Origin: Octopus sinensis
Taxonomy: Eukaryota
DNA length: 64,000 nucleotides
Direction: 5' to 3'
Assembly (NCBI RefSeq): GCF_006345805.1
Contig: NC_042997.1
Location: 108,376,001-108,440,000, forward strand
The notes beneath the pieces were generated by a model. It saw only the letters and a program-made list of their open reading frames with translations. It ran no database searches and was not told the origin of the DNA. The position numbers were made by a program, and so were the translations under genes. This document shows, in pieces, positions 12,845 through 24,764 of the stretch (positions are counted from its first letter, which is position 1; each line of letters starts with the position of its first letter).

Positions 12845-14100
12845 TTCTTTCTCAGCAAGTGAGGAATCCAAACATGGTGGTAGACAGTAACATTGGCTGG
12901 AAGTTGATCGTTGGCTTGCTTGAAGTGTTCTTCTGTAGCTGCATTTGGTGTATTTACTGGTATCAAACGTTGACAGTCGACATTGTGAGAGGAATTACTT
13001 CAACAGGAGATTATTTGAAAGAAAAGAATACCATGTATTTTCCTTGTAAGAAAAATGCATACTCTTCTAGGCACGAGTTCGAGGCAAAGAACCTGAATTC
13101 TAAAGGGTCACTTGAACGAGAGAAGATATGCTGGCGTCAGGCCATTGATTTTCAGTTGAGAATGCAAGCGAAAACTACCATTCTGTTGATCAGGTGAGGC
13201 ACCTACAACGATAAAGCTTTGCGGCTGCCGAAATCCTTTTTCTTGATTGGGGTCACCATTTTATAATGGGCCTCAAAGGTTCATGATCCCTGCGGAGCAT
13301 CTCCTTCTCCCATTACAATTATTTTCTGTAGTCTTAGGATCTGGAACTCGAAAGAAGAAGCCTCCAAGCTCCAATGGAACTGATGCATTACTGCATCACT
13401 TGGCGGAAAACCTATTCAGAGCACGATGGAGATCACCGACTCAGGTTTGAGAGGGGTTTCTTCTGTTCCTTGCTATATTATGTGGCATACAGAGTTACTA
13501 ATGGTTTATATAAGAGGAAAAGAGCCTCCAACATCTGTTGTTGTGCTTCTGCTGTTATGTAATTATTATGATAGTTTGTTGAAACATGTGTATGTTCTAT
13601 CAGGCACTAAATACCATATCTGCATGTTAAAATTTGGCTCGTATTCTGTACACTGGCCTATCTCGAAGTTGATGTCTAACTTTGGAAGACACTGGATATT
13701 GGCGTGCAATGTGAAACACAATACTGATCCCGATTTTCGGTTGCATGTTCAACTTCACAGATTCTTTTGAAGAAGGTTGCCTTTAGCACGAAAGCCTAAC
13801 GTGGTGGCTTTGGAGAGGCTGTCATCGTCAGAACCGCAATGACAACATAAAGTGTCGAGCTGTCCAACGCTCGGCCGTGTACTCCTTTCCTAGGTTGTAT
13901 ATATCGACCCTCTGGAGTTCCATAATCCAGTGGAAGTTACAACTTTCTCTGTCACGCTTCAGATCAGCAGCAGAACTGAATAGTCATCTGAGAGGTCATG
14001 GAAAGAATGTCAGAAATGATATTGAAAGCAAGTTCAGAAAGAGACGACAATCGTCTTTGATGATGGAGCACTCACCACATATGTATGTGGTGTGTTTTAC
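12845..14100 (-). mobile_element. highly degenerate non-LTR retrotransposon remnant, clade unresolved
   Basis: Weak minus-strand echoes of RT motifs (LSELAFNIISDIL, VPLELGGF) scattered across frames with many stops. Confidence 0.3.
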
Positions 14101-14104
14101 TTTG

Positions 14105-14300
14105 TCAGTGTAGCCCGGTCGAACAAATCAAATCCGGCACTTCTTTTATTCCATCGGTCTCCTTATCGAACCGCTATGTTGCAAGGATGTAAGCAAACCA
14201 ACAATGGCCATTAAACAGTAGTAGTGCCTCGCAATGGGGCTGAACCCGGAACCATGAGGTTGGGACGCAGACTTCGTACCCACAACCATTTGGGCACCTA
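14105..14300 (-). mobile_element. degenerate tRNA-derived SINE fragment
   Basis: Contains gcaatggggctgaacccggaaccatg and gaaccgctatgttgcaaggatgtaagcaaacc, as in the SINE at 60330-60745. Confidence 0.6.
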
Positions 14301-14430
14301 TATTTACTGCTTATAATTTAGACAGATTATATCAATAATTTAGTTTTTTCTGGGTGAGTTAAATATAACAAAAGGCTCAAACTAAAACAAAAGTGACTGC
14401 TTAAAAGCAAATACTCTTAACAAAACTTTC

Positions 14431-14435
14431 AAAAA
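14431..14435 (-). terminator. Pol III terminator (TTTTT) of tRNA-Phe
   Basis: T5 run about 21 nt downstream of the tRNA 3' end on the minus strand. Confidence 0.75.
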
Positions 14436-14456
14436 TGTTTCGTGGCAGCCTCCGGA

Positions 14457-14529
14457 TGCCGAAACCCGGGATTGAACCGGGGACCTTTAGATCTTCAGTC
14501 TAACGCTCTCCCAACTGAGCTATTTCGGC
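14457..14529 (-). tRNA. trnF-GAA: tRNA-Phe (GAA), 73 nt, intronless
   Basis: The reverse complement is GCCGAAATAGCTCAGTTGGGAGAGCGTTAGACTGAAGATCTAAAGGTCCCCGGTTCAATCCCGGGTTTCGGCA: complete cloverleaf, intact A and B boxes, GAA anticodon, canonical metazoan tRNA-Phe sequence. Confidence 0.98.
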
Positions 14530-14969
14530 TGCCAAAATTCCATGATTAAAATTAACAATTTGTACTCATTTCAGAAATAATGTCGCTGTACGCGATTATG
14601 TAATTCAGTGTATCTGTGGATGTCTGTATGCATAAATATGTAGGGACATTTATTTTCTGTCTTTTCAATTGATTTCGTGTTCATCAGGTTGTTTCGATCA
14701 GAAAATTGCTGCAGCTCCATTTCCCACCATGTCTGCAACAGATCTGTGTTTCTCTTCAAAAAAGCCAGAAATGATCGATATTAATAACACTTGTTGATTG
14801 TGATATCGTTATCTCGATATGTTTGATCGGTTTATTTCGATTTGTATTTGTCTTAATTATTATTAGATGGATAAAATAATTAGTTGGTCGTTTAGAATTG
14901 ACCAGAATTCCCTGCATTTTTAATGGGAATGATAAATATTTGACCTGATTTAATGAAGTAATGAAGGAG

Positions 14970-15345
14970 TATAGTGGGAGGAGGAGAGACCTGAATGAGA
15001 GAAGCAAAAAGAGAGAGACAAGCGGAGAGGAAGAAAGAAGAGGAGTGCGAGAGAAAAAAATAGATAGACAAGGGAGAAAGAAGGAGAGTGGAAGAATATA
15101 GTGGGAGTAGGAGGAGAGACCTGAATGAGAGAAGCAAAAATAAGAGACAAGCAGAGAGGAAGAAAGAAGAGGAGTGCGAGAGAAAAAAATAGACAAGGGA
15201 GAAAGAAGGAGAGTGGAAGAATATAGTGGGAGTAGGAGGAGAGACCTGAATGAGAGAAGCAAAATTAAGAGACAAGCAGAGAGGAAGAAAGAAGGGGAGT
15301 GAGAGCGAAAAAACAGATAGACAAGGGAGAAAGAAGGAGAGAAGA
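14970..15345 (+). repeat. purine-rich minisatellite, 3 units of ~125-127 bp
   Basis: Units start tatagtggga at 14970, 15097 and 15222 and are nearly identical. Confidence 0.9.
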
Positions 15346-15402
15346 AGAGTAAGTGGAATAAGAGAGAAAAGAAGAGAGCGATGGAAAGAGAGCAAAGAGA
15401 AG

Positions 15403-15425
15403 ATGGCGGAGGAGAAGAGGGGGGG
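15403..15425 (+). CDS. speculative first coding exon of a host gene (MAEEKRG-)
   Basis: aagATGGCGG (good start context, YY1-like motif) followed 23 nt later by a GG|GTGAGT donor, in a relatively CpG-rich area. No homology evidence. Confidence 0.2.
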
Positions 15426-16196
15426 GTGAGTTATGCAAGGGACATAACTCTTGAATGTGAGTTGCTTTTTTTAACCTAAATATTTTTTATTGTTAAACTA
15501 ATTAAAAAACTGTTTTAAGGTCTGTATTTATGGTTGTTTCGAATATTATTTAATGGGAACAAATTGTAAATAATTGACTGTTCTTTGCAGAACAAACAGT
15601 TCTGCTAACCGGCAAGTTAAATTACCAGACACACCTTGTGTGTGTGTCTGAGCACACATATTTATGTTTGTGTGTGTGAGTATCTCCATGTGTACGTGTG
15701 TGAGTGTATATATGTATGTGTCTATGTATGTGTGTGTACGTGTTCTGTCTGACACGGTTTTCAGAGACAAACCTCCACACACCAGTTGTGATGGTGTACC
15801 AAGGCGTCGTCGTCGTTTCAAACTTCCACCTCCCGGGCAGTTGCTGCTTCGATCAACAAATGGACATTAAACGGGAGGATTAAATCACTGGCTTGCTGTC
15901 TTTGAGAAAGCACAAGCAGACGGCCTGGAAGCCACCCTCATTAAACATTAGCTCAGTGCACAAGACATAGACATCTTGTGTGAGTAACATCGGATTTACT
16001 GAGGTATTTCACGACAAATATAACATTGCAATGGTCAACTCAAAGAGATGCCAACACTGGTCTAAAATGGTAGAAATACCAAACAGCGGATTGGTATCAC
16101 TAATATCAAACCAACCCGACTGTCACAGAACTGTTTAAACAAGAACTATGCAGGAAAGGAAGAAAGCAAACGAAGGGGACCAAAATGTTGTCAAAG

Positions 16197-16526
16197 CTTT
16201 TATTTGCACCTCTGTTTATTGAGGGTTGGCGAGAGAAATAGCTGCAGCTATTGAGAGCCGTTTGGGAAGGCTCGGGAAAGACTCATGACGGATGATGACT
16301 TTCAGAAGAGCCAGAGTTTAAAATAAAAAATAATGAAATTATTGTGACAAGTTGTGGTGCACCTGAGCACTGTATACAATAATTTCATTATTTTTTATTT
16401 TAAACTCAGGCTCTTCTGAAAGTCCTTGTTGGTCACTAGTCTTTCCCGAGCCTTCCCAAACGGCTCTTAGTAGCCGCAGCTCTCTCTCTCTCGGCGACCC
16501 TCAATAAACAGAGGTGCAAATAAAAG
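16197..16526. repeat. fold-back (150-bp inverted arms) centred on a copy of the CR1 3' terminus
   Basis: 16197-16345 is an imperfect reverse complement of 16376-16526; 16345-16392 matches 18520-18567 with 1 mismatch. Confidence 0.9.
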
Positions 16527-16589
16527 TTTAGTCTACACCATAGAGTTTAAAGTATATGTTTGCAAATACAAAAAATATTTAAAACTCTA

Positions 16590-18576
16590 TGTAGAGGTCA
16601 GCCAACCACCTCAAGCAGGTGACAAAAAAGGCAGTGCTTGAATTTGAACAACGCATTGCAGCTAACCCTGACAGCAAAGTGTTCTGGAAGTATGTGCACT
16701 CAAAGCAGAGACCCCACTCTCCAGTTGGTCCCCTTCGCAATCCCCACACAGGACAGATTACTGGCAATCCCGAAGAATGTGCAGAAATCATTGCTGGATG
16801 CTATGCCGGCATCTTTACTGTCGAAGACCAAAATGTTCCATCTTCATCACCACTGACATCGGACTCCATATCTACTATACAATTTACACCAGCAATGCTA
16901 CAACGCCACCTTAAGAATAAACGCAACTATGTCTCTCCTGGTCTCGATGGTGTTACATCCCTACTTCTCAAACGCGGTGGGAACTTTCTTCTAAGCCAAC
17001 TTTCTCTATTCTTCCAATTCTGTCTTAACAATGGTGTTACTCCAGAACAGTGGAAAACTGCCAGTGTCATACCTCTGTTCAAAAAAGGCAACCGCACATC
17101 GCCTGTCAACTATCACCCCGTTAGTCTTACTAGCTGCATCGCCAAACTGATGGAATCCTGTATCAGAAAATCCCTCTGGAACTTCTGGAAGTCTCACAGC
17201 CTCATCCAGCCATCACAATTCGGATTTATTCCTAACTCCAGCTGCTGTAATCAACTCATCGAGTTTCTTGAGGACGTTATCCAAATCACTGATCGCGGAT
17301 ACTGGGTGGATGTTGTTTACCTGGACTTTGCTAAGGCCTTTAACTCTGTGCCACACAAAAGACTTATGGTGAAGCTTTCTGCGTTGGGTGTAAGAGACGA
17401 ACTCTATAACTGGTTGAAGTCCTTTATTTTCGGCCGAAAAGAGGTTGTCACAGTTCTAGGACAGCACTCTTCACCCTATGAGATGACATCTGGTGTACCA
17501 CAGGGATCTTTTCCTGGCCCCCTTTTATTTGTTGCAAATGTTAATGACATAGATGCCAACTTAAAGAATGCCACAGTACTGAAATATGCAGACAATATCA
17601 AGCTGTACCTCGAAATAAAGAGGTCAGATCCTGTACACTATAGATCTCTATTGCAAGCAGACCTGGACACAATGCAGCTGTGGATCATGGACTGGCAACT
17701 CAAGCTGGCTGTGGACAAATGTACCGCCATGCATTTTGGGAGGAGAAACCCAGCATCCACCCACTCCCTCCACAACACTAGTCTCAAAAAGTCTTCATGT
17801 GAACGTGACCTGGGTGTTATTGTCGACAGTGATTTGCGTTGGACAAAACACATCGCTAAAATTGTCAAGAAGGCTGAGGGTGTCTTGGCATCACTCACCA
17901 AATCCTTTGTGAGCCGCTCTCCGACTATCTATCTGCAGCTTTATAGAGCTATGGTAAGACCTCACCTGGAATTTGCAGCACCGGTCTGGAACCCCTATCT
18001 TGCCCAGGATATCAATCATCTGGAAGCTGTTCAGCGACATGCAACCAAAAGAATACCCTCCATCAGGCATTTGCCATATCCTGAACGCCTTCCCTGGGCA
18101 TGGACACATTGAAACTCCGACGTCTGGCAGCTGACTTGGCAGACACACATAAAATTATCAACCATCGTACAAACAATAACTCTGAGCACCTTTTCAAACT
18201 CCACCCATCAAACACCCGTGGACATATTTACAAAGTCAGAAAACAGCACAGCTCCCATGACTTCAGGAAACATTTTTTCATGCTGAGAGTTGCTGAAGCA
18301 TGGAACAAACTGCCGGCATCAGTTGTTAGTTGTTGGAGCACTGCATCCTTCAAAACTTCCATGCTTTCTGAGATTCACCAACACTACACCTGATTTTCTC
18401 AAAACTTCCATGCTTTCTGAGATTTGCCAACACTACACCTGATTTTTTCCCCTCCATACATACACAAGCATGTATCTGACTCATGCATTGTTTGCTTTCC
18501 AGACATTTGTACTATACTCTGACAAGTTGTGGTGCACCTGAGCACTGTATACCATAATTTCATTATTATTATTATT
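16590..18576 (+). mobile_element. 5'-truncated CR1-group LINE with (TTA)n tail
   Basis: RT motifs SPGLDG, W.TA.VIPLFKKG, LDFAKAF, GVPQGS; the CR1-type C-terminus TRGHIYK...FF..RVAEAWNKLP; short 3' UTR ending cattattattattatt. Confidence 0.93.
16619..18112 (+). pseudogene. CR1 ORF2 RT domain (497-aa open stretch), inactive
   Basis: Catalytic YADD reads YADN; a frameshift near 18100 shifts the C-terminus into ORF 18100-18393; the endonuclease domain is absent. Confidence 0.85.
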
Positions 18577-18793
18577 AAATATTCTTAAATGCCATAAAAT
18601 TCAAGGCATTGAGTTTATTATATATTTATATATATATATATATATATATAGTGAGAAAAAGTAAGTTCAAAAAGAACAATTCAAACTTTATGAGAGGTCC
18701 AGAAAGAGAGAAAAAAATATTTCTAATAAAGATTCATCATATTCATAAAAATCAGCCAGAGCAAGTAATAAGAATATGAAAATAATAGCTGAA

Positions 18794-18955
18794 AATTTTC
18801 CGTTATAGGTATAAATATACCATAAACAAGTATAAAAAATGGAGAAGAAAGACATTGAATCAAAATTTTTTATTAAATCTAATTTTGTTTCAACATCTTT
18901 TTTCTCCAATTTTTTTATACTTGTTTACAGTATATTTATACCTATAACGAAAGTT
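18794..18955. repeat. AT-rich fold-back, ~75-bp arms
   Basis: 18794-18868 is the reverse complement of 18881-18955 with a few mismatches; the ORF track shows mirrored peptides MEKKDIESK and MEKKDVETK. Confidence 0.85.
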
Positions 18956-18962
18956 GTCAACT

Positions 18963-19023
<61 letters not shown>

Positions 19024-19079
19024 TAATCCAAACAAGAAAGCACAAAAAAACACAACAACGCGAGGACGTGGAACAGATG

Positions 19080-20640
19080 CGAGTTCCTCTATTCTGATGA
19101 CCTTGCTCTAATTGTTGAGTCACTATCAGAACTAGAGGAAAAGTTTCAAGTGTAGAAACAAGGATTAGAATCGAAGGGCCTTAGAGTCAACCTAGCTAAA
19201 ACCAAAGTCCTAATAAGTAGGAAGGCAGGCAAACCACAAATCCCTTCAGGTAGATGGCCCTGCTTGATCTGTAGTAAAGGCGTAGGTAAAAACTGTATAA
19301 GATGTACCCAGTGTAAGTTATGGACACATAAGAGTTGCAGTAATATCAAAGGGAGGCTAATGGGGAAGATAGTTTTTGTATGTGGCAGATGCTCGGGAGC
19401 AATAAACACTGAAAATACGCTGAGACCAGCTTCCGCCTCATTCCAGGGGGAAAAACTAGAAGTAGTCGATAGCTTCCGTTACCAAGGGGACCAAGTCAGT
19501 AGTGGGGGTGGATGCGTTGAAAGTGTAGCTGCTAGAATAAGAATAGCTTGGGCAAAGTTCAGAGAGCTCTTACCTCTGCTGGTGACAAAGGGCCCCTCAC
19601 TCAGAGTATGACGCATGTGTACGAACAGCCATGGTACATAGCAGTGAAACATGGGCCGTGACTGCTGAGGACCATGCATAAGCTTGCAAGGAATGAAGCC
19701 AGTATGATCCAATGGATGTGTAATGTCAGTGTGCATACTCGACAGAGAAATGTTGGACCTAAGAAACATCAGATGTGGTGTACAAGAGAGATGACTGCAC
19801 CGGTATGGTCATGTGGCGAGAATGGATGAGGATAGCTGTGTGAAAAAGTGCCACACTCTAGCGGTTGAGGGAAACTGTGGAAGGGGTAGACCCAGGAAGA
19901 CATGGGACGAGGTGGTGAAGCATGACCTTCGTACGTTGAGCCTCACAGAGGCTATGAAAAAGGACCGAGACCTCTGGAGATATGCTGTGACTTCGAAGAC
20001 TCAACAAATGAAGTTAGTTCATGGCTTGCAGGACAGCCTGCTGTACCTGAGGAGACCTATTGTGTCAAGATCATCAACATCAAACTAAAAATTGTATGGT
20101 TATTGTAGTTGTGATACCCGTGCTGGTGACACGTAGGGCCTCACAGAGGAAATGACGAAGACCAAGACCTCTGAGATATGCTGTGACTGTGAAGACCTGA
20201 CAAATGAAGTGAGTTCATGGCTTGCAGGACTGCCTGCTGTGCTAACCTTGGATCGTAGAGTGACCTACTGTTCTTGAGGAGAGCTATTGAGTCAAGTACA
20301 TTATCACCAACATCAAAATAAAAATCAAATGGAAATTGTAGTTAAGATACCCGTGCCGGTGACATGTTAAAAGCACCGTCCAAACGTGGCAGTTGCCAGC
20401 GCTGCCTGACTGGCGTCTGTGTCGGTGACACGTAAAAGCACCAACTGATCATGGCCATTTGCCAGCCTCACCTGGCACCTGTGCCGGTGGCACGTAAAAA
20501 GCGTTAGTAAGGGCATCCAGCTGTAGAAACACTGCCAGATCAGACTGGAGCCTGGTGCAGCCTCCTGGCTTCCAAGACCCCAGTCGAACCGTCCAACCCA
20601 TGCTAGCATGGAAAACAGACGTTAAACGATGATGATGATG
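19080..20640 (+). mobile_element. 5'-truncated RTE LINE (RT C-terminal half, partly duplicated 3' region, unit array, (GAT)n tail)
   Basis: YSDDLALI, VNLAKTKVL, VDSFRY.GD, GRGRPRKTWDEVVKHDL motifs; the 19940-20130 segment is repeated from ~20138. Confidence 0.92.
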
Positions 20641-20641
20641 A

Positions 20642-20693
<52 letters not shown>

Positions 20694-21344
20694 TATGTAT
20701 GTGAGTGTGTGTGTGTGCTTTGTGTCAGCAAGACTTGAAAAAACATAGAAAAAAGGGAAAGGGGTACAATGAACTTGCCGTGAGGAGTGGAATATCCAAC
20801 GTTTTGGATTCAATCATTTTCTCTATCTCCTGACAAAGGATTGAATCCGAAATGTGGAATATTCAACTCCTCATGGCAAATCCGCTGTACCCTCTTCACT
20901 TTTTTCTCACCATATATATGTGTGTGTGTATGTATATATATATATATATATATATTGTATCATGGTGCTGTTTTTCTCACAGGTGGTACCCAACTGATCC
21001 TTACTATACTGTGTAGTCAACAAAATCAAAAACATACAATGCACATGCGCGAAATTTAAAATATAGAATAACGACAATTTACCCATAGCACCTGTACATA
21101 CATACATATATATATATTTACAAGATAAATTCTAATGCCAGATACGCCGAAACAAAAAAATTGTCGATAACCATTAAATTTATGCGTCTTGAAACAAACC
21201 GATAGAAATCTCTATCTTGTAAATTATGTATAAATTTTACCTTTAAAGGCTTTTTTTGATATGCTGGCCATTGATAAAATTTTTTTCCCGAAAAAAATTT
21301 TATCCAATATCAATTATATATATATATTTATATATATATTTACT

Positions 21345-21601
21345 GGCACCTATGCCGGTGGCATGTGTAAAAATATTCGAGTGAGGTCATTGCCAGTACC
21401 GCCTGACTGGCCCCCATGCCGGTGGCATGTAAAAAGCACCCACTACACTCTCGGAGTGGTTGGTATTAGGAAGGGCATCAAGCTGTAGAAATTCTGCCAG
21501 ATCAAGACTGGAGCCTGGTGCAGCCATCTGGTTCGCCAGCCCTCAGTCAAAATTGTCCAACCCATGCTAGCATGGAAAGCTGACCTTAAATGATGATGAT
21601 G

Positions 21602-21605
<4 letters not shown>
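21345..21605 (+). mobile_element. RTE-family 3' end (unit array + tail)
   Basis: ...aaaagcacccactacactctcggagtggttgg...catgctagcatggaaag...(GAT)n. Confidence 0.85.
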
Positions 21606-21634
<29 letters not shown>

Positions 21635-22557
21635 TTCAAAGTCCACCAAGGTTGACTTTGCCTTTAATCCATTTGGGGTTGATAAAGTGAAAGTACCAGT
21701 TGAGCACTACGGTTGATGTAATCATCTTACCCACACTCATTAAAACTTACTGGCTTTGAGCCAAAATTTGAAACCTGTTGTTGTTATTACTATTATTATT
21801 ATCATCATCAAAATTATTGCCATGTCACTAAAATCTGGAAATTTTAATTCATTGGTGCCATGACCAAATCTTGACAAATAAATTCTTGACAACAAATAGT
21901 TCAAAATGCCAGAAATAGAAATGGATTCTAATATTTAGTAATGCATCTATCTTCAAAGGAACAAATTCTTTGTTAATTTTCAATGAATTCAATTGAAGCC
22001 TGTTTCTGAAGATCAGGTGTTCTAATCAAAGATAAGTCTAATACAATTTTAGCTTTCATTTGCTTACTGATCAAATAATTAAAAATTCCATGTTACTATT
22101 AATACATTGATACCAACAAGAATGGCTTTCAACTTTCAGAAAAAAATATTTCCTTCGTTATTTCATTATTAAAATATATAAAATTTAATTAAAAAAATCC
22201 TATTCGTGTCAAAATAAAAACACTCCTCACTACCTTTCTGTGTTTCAATACTGGGTTTTGTCTTGTTATCCTTGAAAATGGTTTTTAATTACTTTACCAA
22301 ATAATGAAAAAATTACTTAGAACTGATTAAAACCTTCTCCATAATGTGTCACTTGGTTAATTCAAAGCAACAATTGTCTTTTTCTGTCTTCTTTTATTAA
22401 GAATTCAATCTATAAAACTATCAACTTTAAAACTGTATATAAAATAATTTCAAATTAAATGGTGGCGCTCTTTCTAACGAACTTTCTTCATTCATCCATC
22501 AAATTTCTTTCTAATTATTAAAACATTTCTTACTATTACCTAGTCATCTACTTTTCT

Positions 22558-22600
<43 letters not shown>

Positions 22601-22840
22601 GCCTATATATGTGTGTATATATATATATATATATAATATATATATATATATATACACAAATACATACATACATATATACATACATTTATTCTGTAATAAC
22701 AAATTAATAAATAAAACATGTATATATACATGTAGATGTAGGTATGTACATATATGTATGTATATATGCATATGTTTTATTTATTAATTTGTTATTACAC
22801 GACAGAACGCATGCATCCATTTCTAAGTAAGTTTGTTCTT

Positions 22841-22873
<33 letters not shown>

Positions 22874-23408
22874 ATGTTTTGTATGTATGTATGTATGTGA
22901 GTGTATGTATGTGCATGTATGCATCTATGTATTGTTCTTTTTGTCTTTCTTTCTTTCCAAAATCTTTTTGCTTTTTTTTCAAAGAGTTTCCCCTTAATTT
23001 CTCCCTTAATTAATTTCTCAATGATATTTACTTGTTCCCTTTTTTTACTCCTACAAACATTTTTCTCATTCTTTTCTATTCTCCACCCCCACCCCACGTT
23101 TAACATATATTTTCTTCTCTCTTTTCAGTCTTATTTACTCAACCCCTTTGCTCCCCGCCTCATTTCCCCCCCCCCCCACTTTCATCCTCCTTTCTTCCTT
23201 TTCTTTTCCCTGCCATCAAATATGTCTATACAACTCAATCTCTTCCTTCCTCATTTCAAATATCATTGTATGTATACAACACACATACACACACAAGCAT
23301 ATCTACTCCACATCTATGCTTGGAACACATGTGCACAATTTGCTCACACTCAATAATATAAAAGTTATCTCTTGTTGATATATAGGTTATTACTCATGTT
23401 TTATATTG

Positions 23409-23892
23409 ACGAGGCTGAGTCAAAATGTAATGCCATTTTGTTTAGGACAGGTATAATTACCAACACAGGAACATGTATCATATATCAAAATGAAGCTGGT
23501 CCTCTGTGGATCACATCTCTACTGCTTAACATAGTCACCGTTTCTCTCAAAAGCAATGTTCCACCTTCGAATGAGAGCATGTATCTCTGCCCCGTAAATT
23601 TCTGTTGACTGTTCTTTGAGCCACTTCTTCACTGCAGTTTTCACTTCCTTGTCACTGGAATAATTTAACCCCTTCAGACTATCATCTCTTCGGCGCCATG
23701 AAAGAGGGTTTGAGAGGCAAACATTATTCCAGTGATAAGGAAGTGAAAACTGTAGTGAAGAAGTGACTCGAAGATCAGTCAACAGAATTTTATGGGGCAG
23801 AGATACATGCTCTCATTCAAAGGTGGAATATTGCTTTTTGAGAGAAACAGTGACTATGTTAAGAAGTAGGGATGTGATCCACAGAGGACCAG
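23409..23892. mobile_element. mariner-derived fold-back made of two transposase 3' ends head-to-head
   Basis: TIR-like cgaggctgagtcaaaatgtaatgcc at 23410; arms 23498-23666 and 23721-23892; DYHLF and SDKEVK..V..WL..Q..FY...IH.LI.RW motifs. Confidence 0.85.
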
Positions 23893-23934
23893 GTCACTTG
23901 CTATGCAATTACATCTCCATAATATATATATATA

Positions 23935-24225
23935 TATAAAGCACCATCTGAAAGTGGCCGATGCCAGTGCCCCCTGATTGGCTCATGCACCGATGGCACT
24001 TAAAAGCTCTATCTGAACACAATCGATGCCAGGCCTGTCTGACTGACTCCTGTGCCAGTGGCACATAAAAAGCACCCACTACACTCCCAGAGTGGTTGGA
24101 AAGGCATCCAGCTATAGAAATAATGCCAGATCACATTGGAGCCTGGTGCAGCCGCTGGCTTTCCAGACCTCAGTCAAACCGTCCAACACATGCCAGCATG
24201 GAAAACGAATGATGATGATGATGAT
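23935..24225 (+). mobile_element. RTE-family 3' end
   Basis: Same unit array and tail as the other copies. Confidence 0.8.
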
Positions 24226-24764
24226 ATATACACACATGTTATTCTGAATATAGCTTTAGTCAAGATATATATAAAATAACAATAGACAGTGATTTGTTGA
24301 ACTGCTGTTTATTGCATGTCAAACATTGACAAATGTGGATAAGAGCCATCCAAGCCTAAAGCTGAGGTCTTGTTATCCACCTCACTGGAAGTGCCTCTTC
24401 TTTGTGGACTAGTTTAGTAACTAGTCTACAGGGAATCCACAGTTTGTCTTTTACAAGCTCATGGACAATGCCCTACAAGTGTACATATGTATGCATGCAT
24501 GTATGTATGTATGCATGTATGTATGCATGTATGTATGCATCTTTATAACAACACAACTATGCAGTGACCTGCTCTCTATGTGTTTTCTTGCTCATTTTAC
24601 CATTCTTAAAAAAGATAATTTATAAATATGATAAATTATGATAAACAGTTTATTTCATTTGTTCCTACGTCTGTTTCATCAGTGATAACATGTGGCATTC
24701 TAATATTAACAGTAGCAGTCATACTGCATCTATTTGTACATAGAAGATATCATTGCTACCAGCT

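Noticed and set aside
13249-13258. TGGTGACCCC as the tRNA-Trp primer-binding site of the Gypsy element
   Set aside because: Only 10 nt match, the preceding bases do not end in CA, and no LTR pair is found; it lies ~650 bp from gag inside a different remnant.
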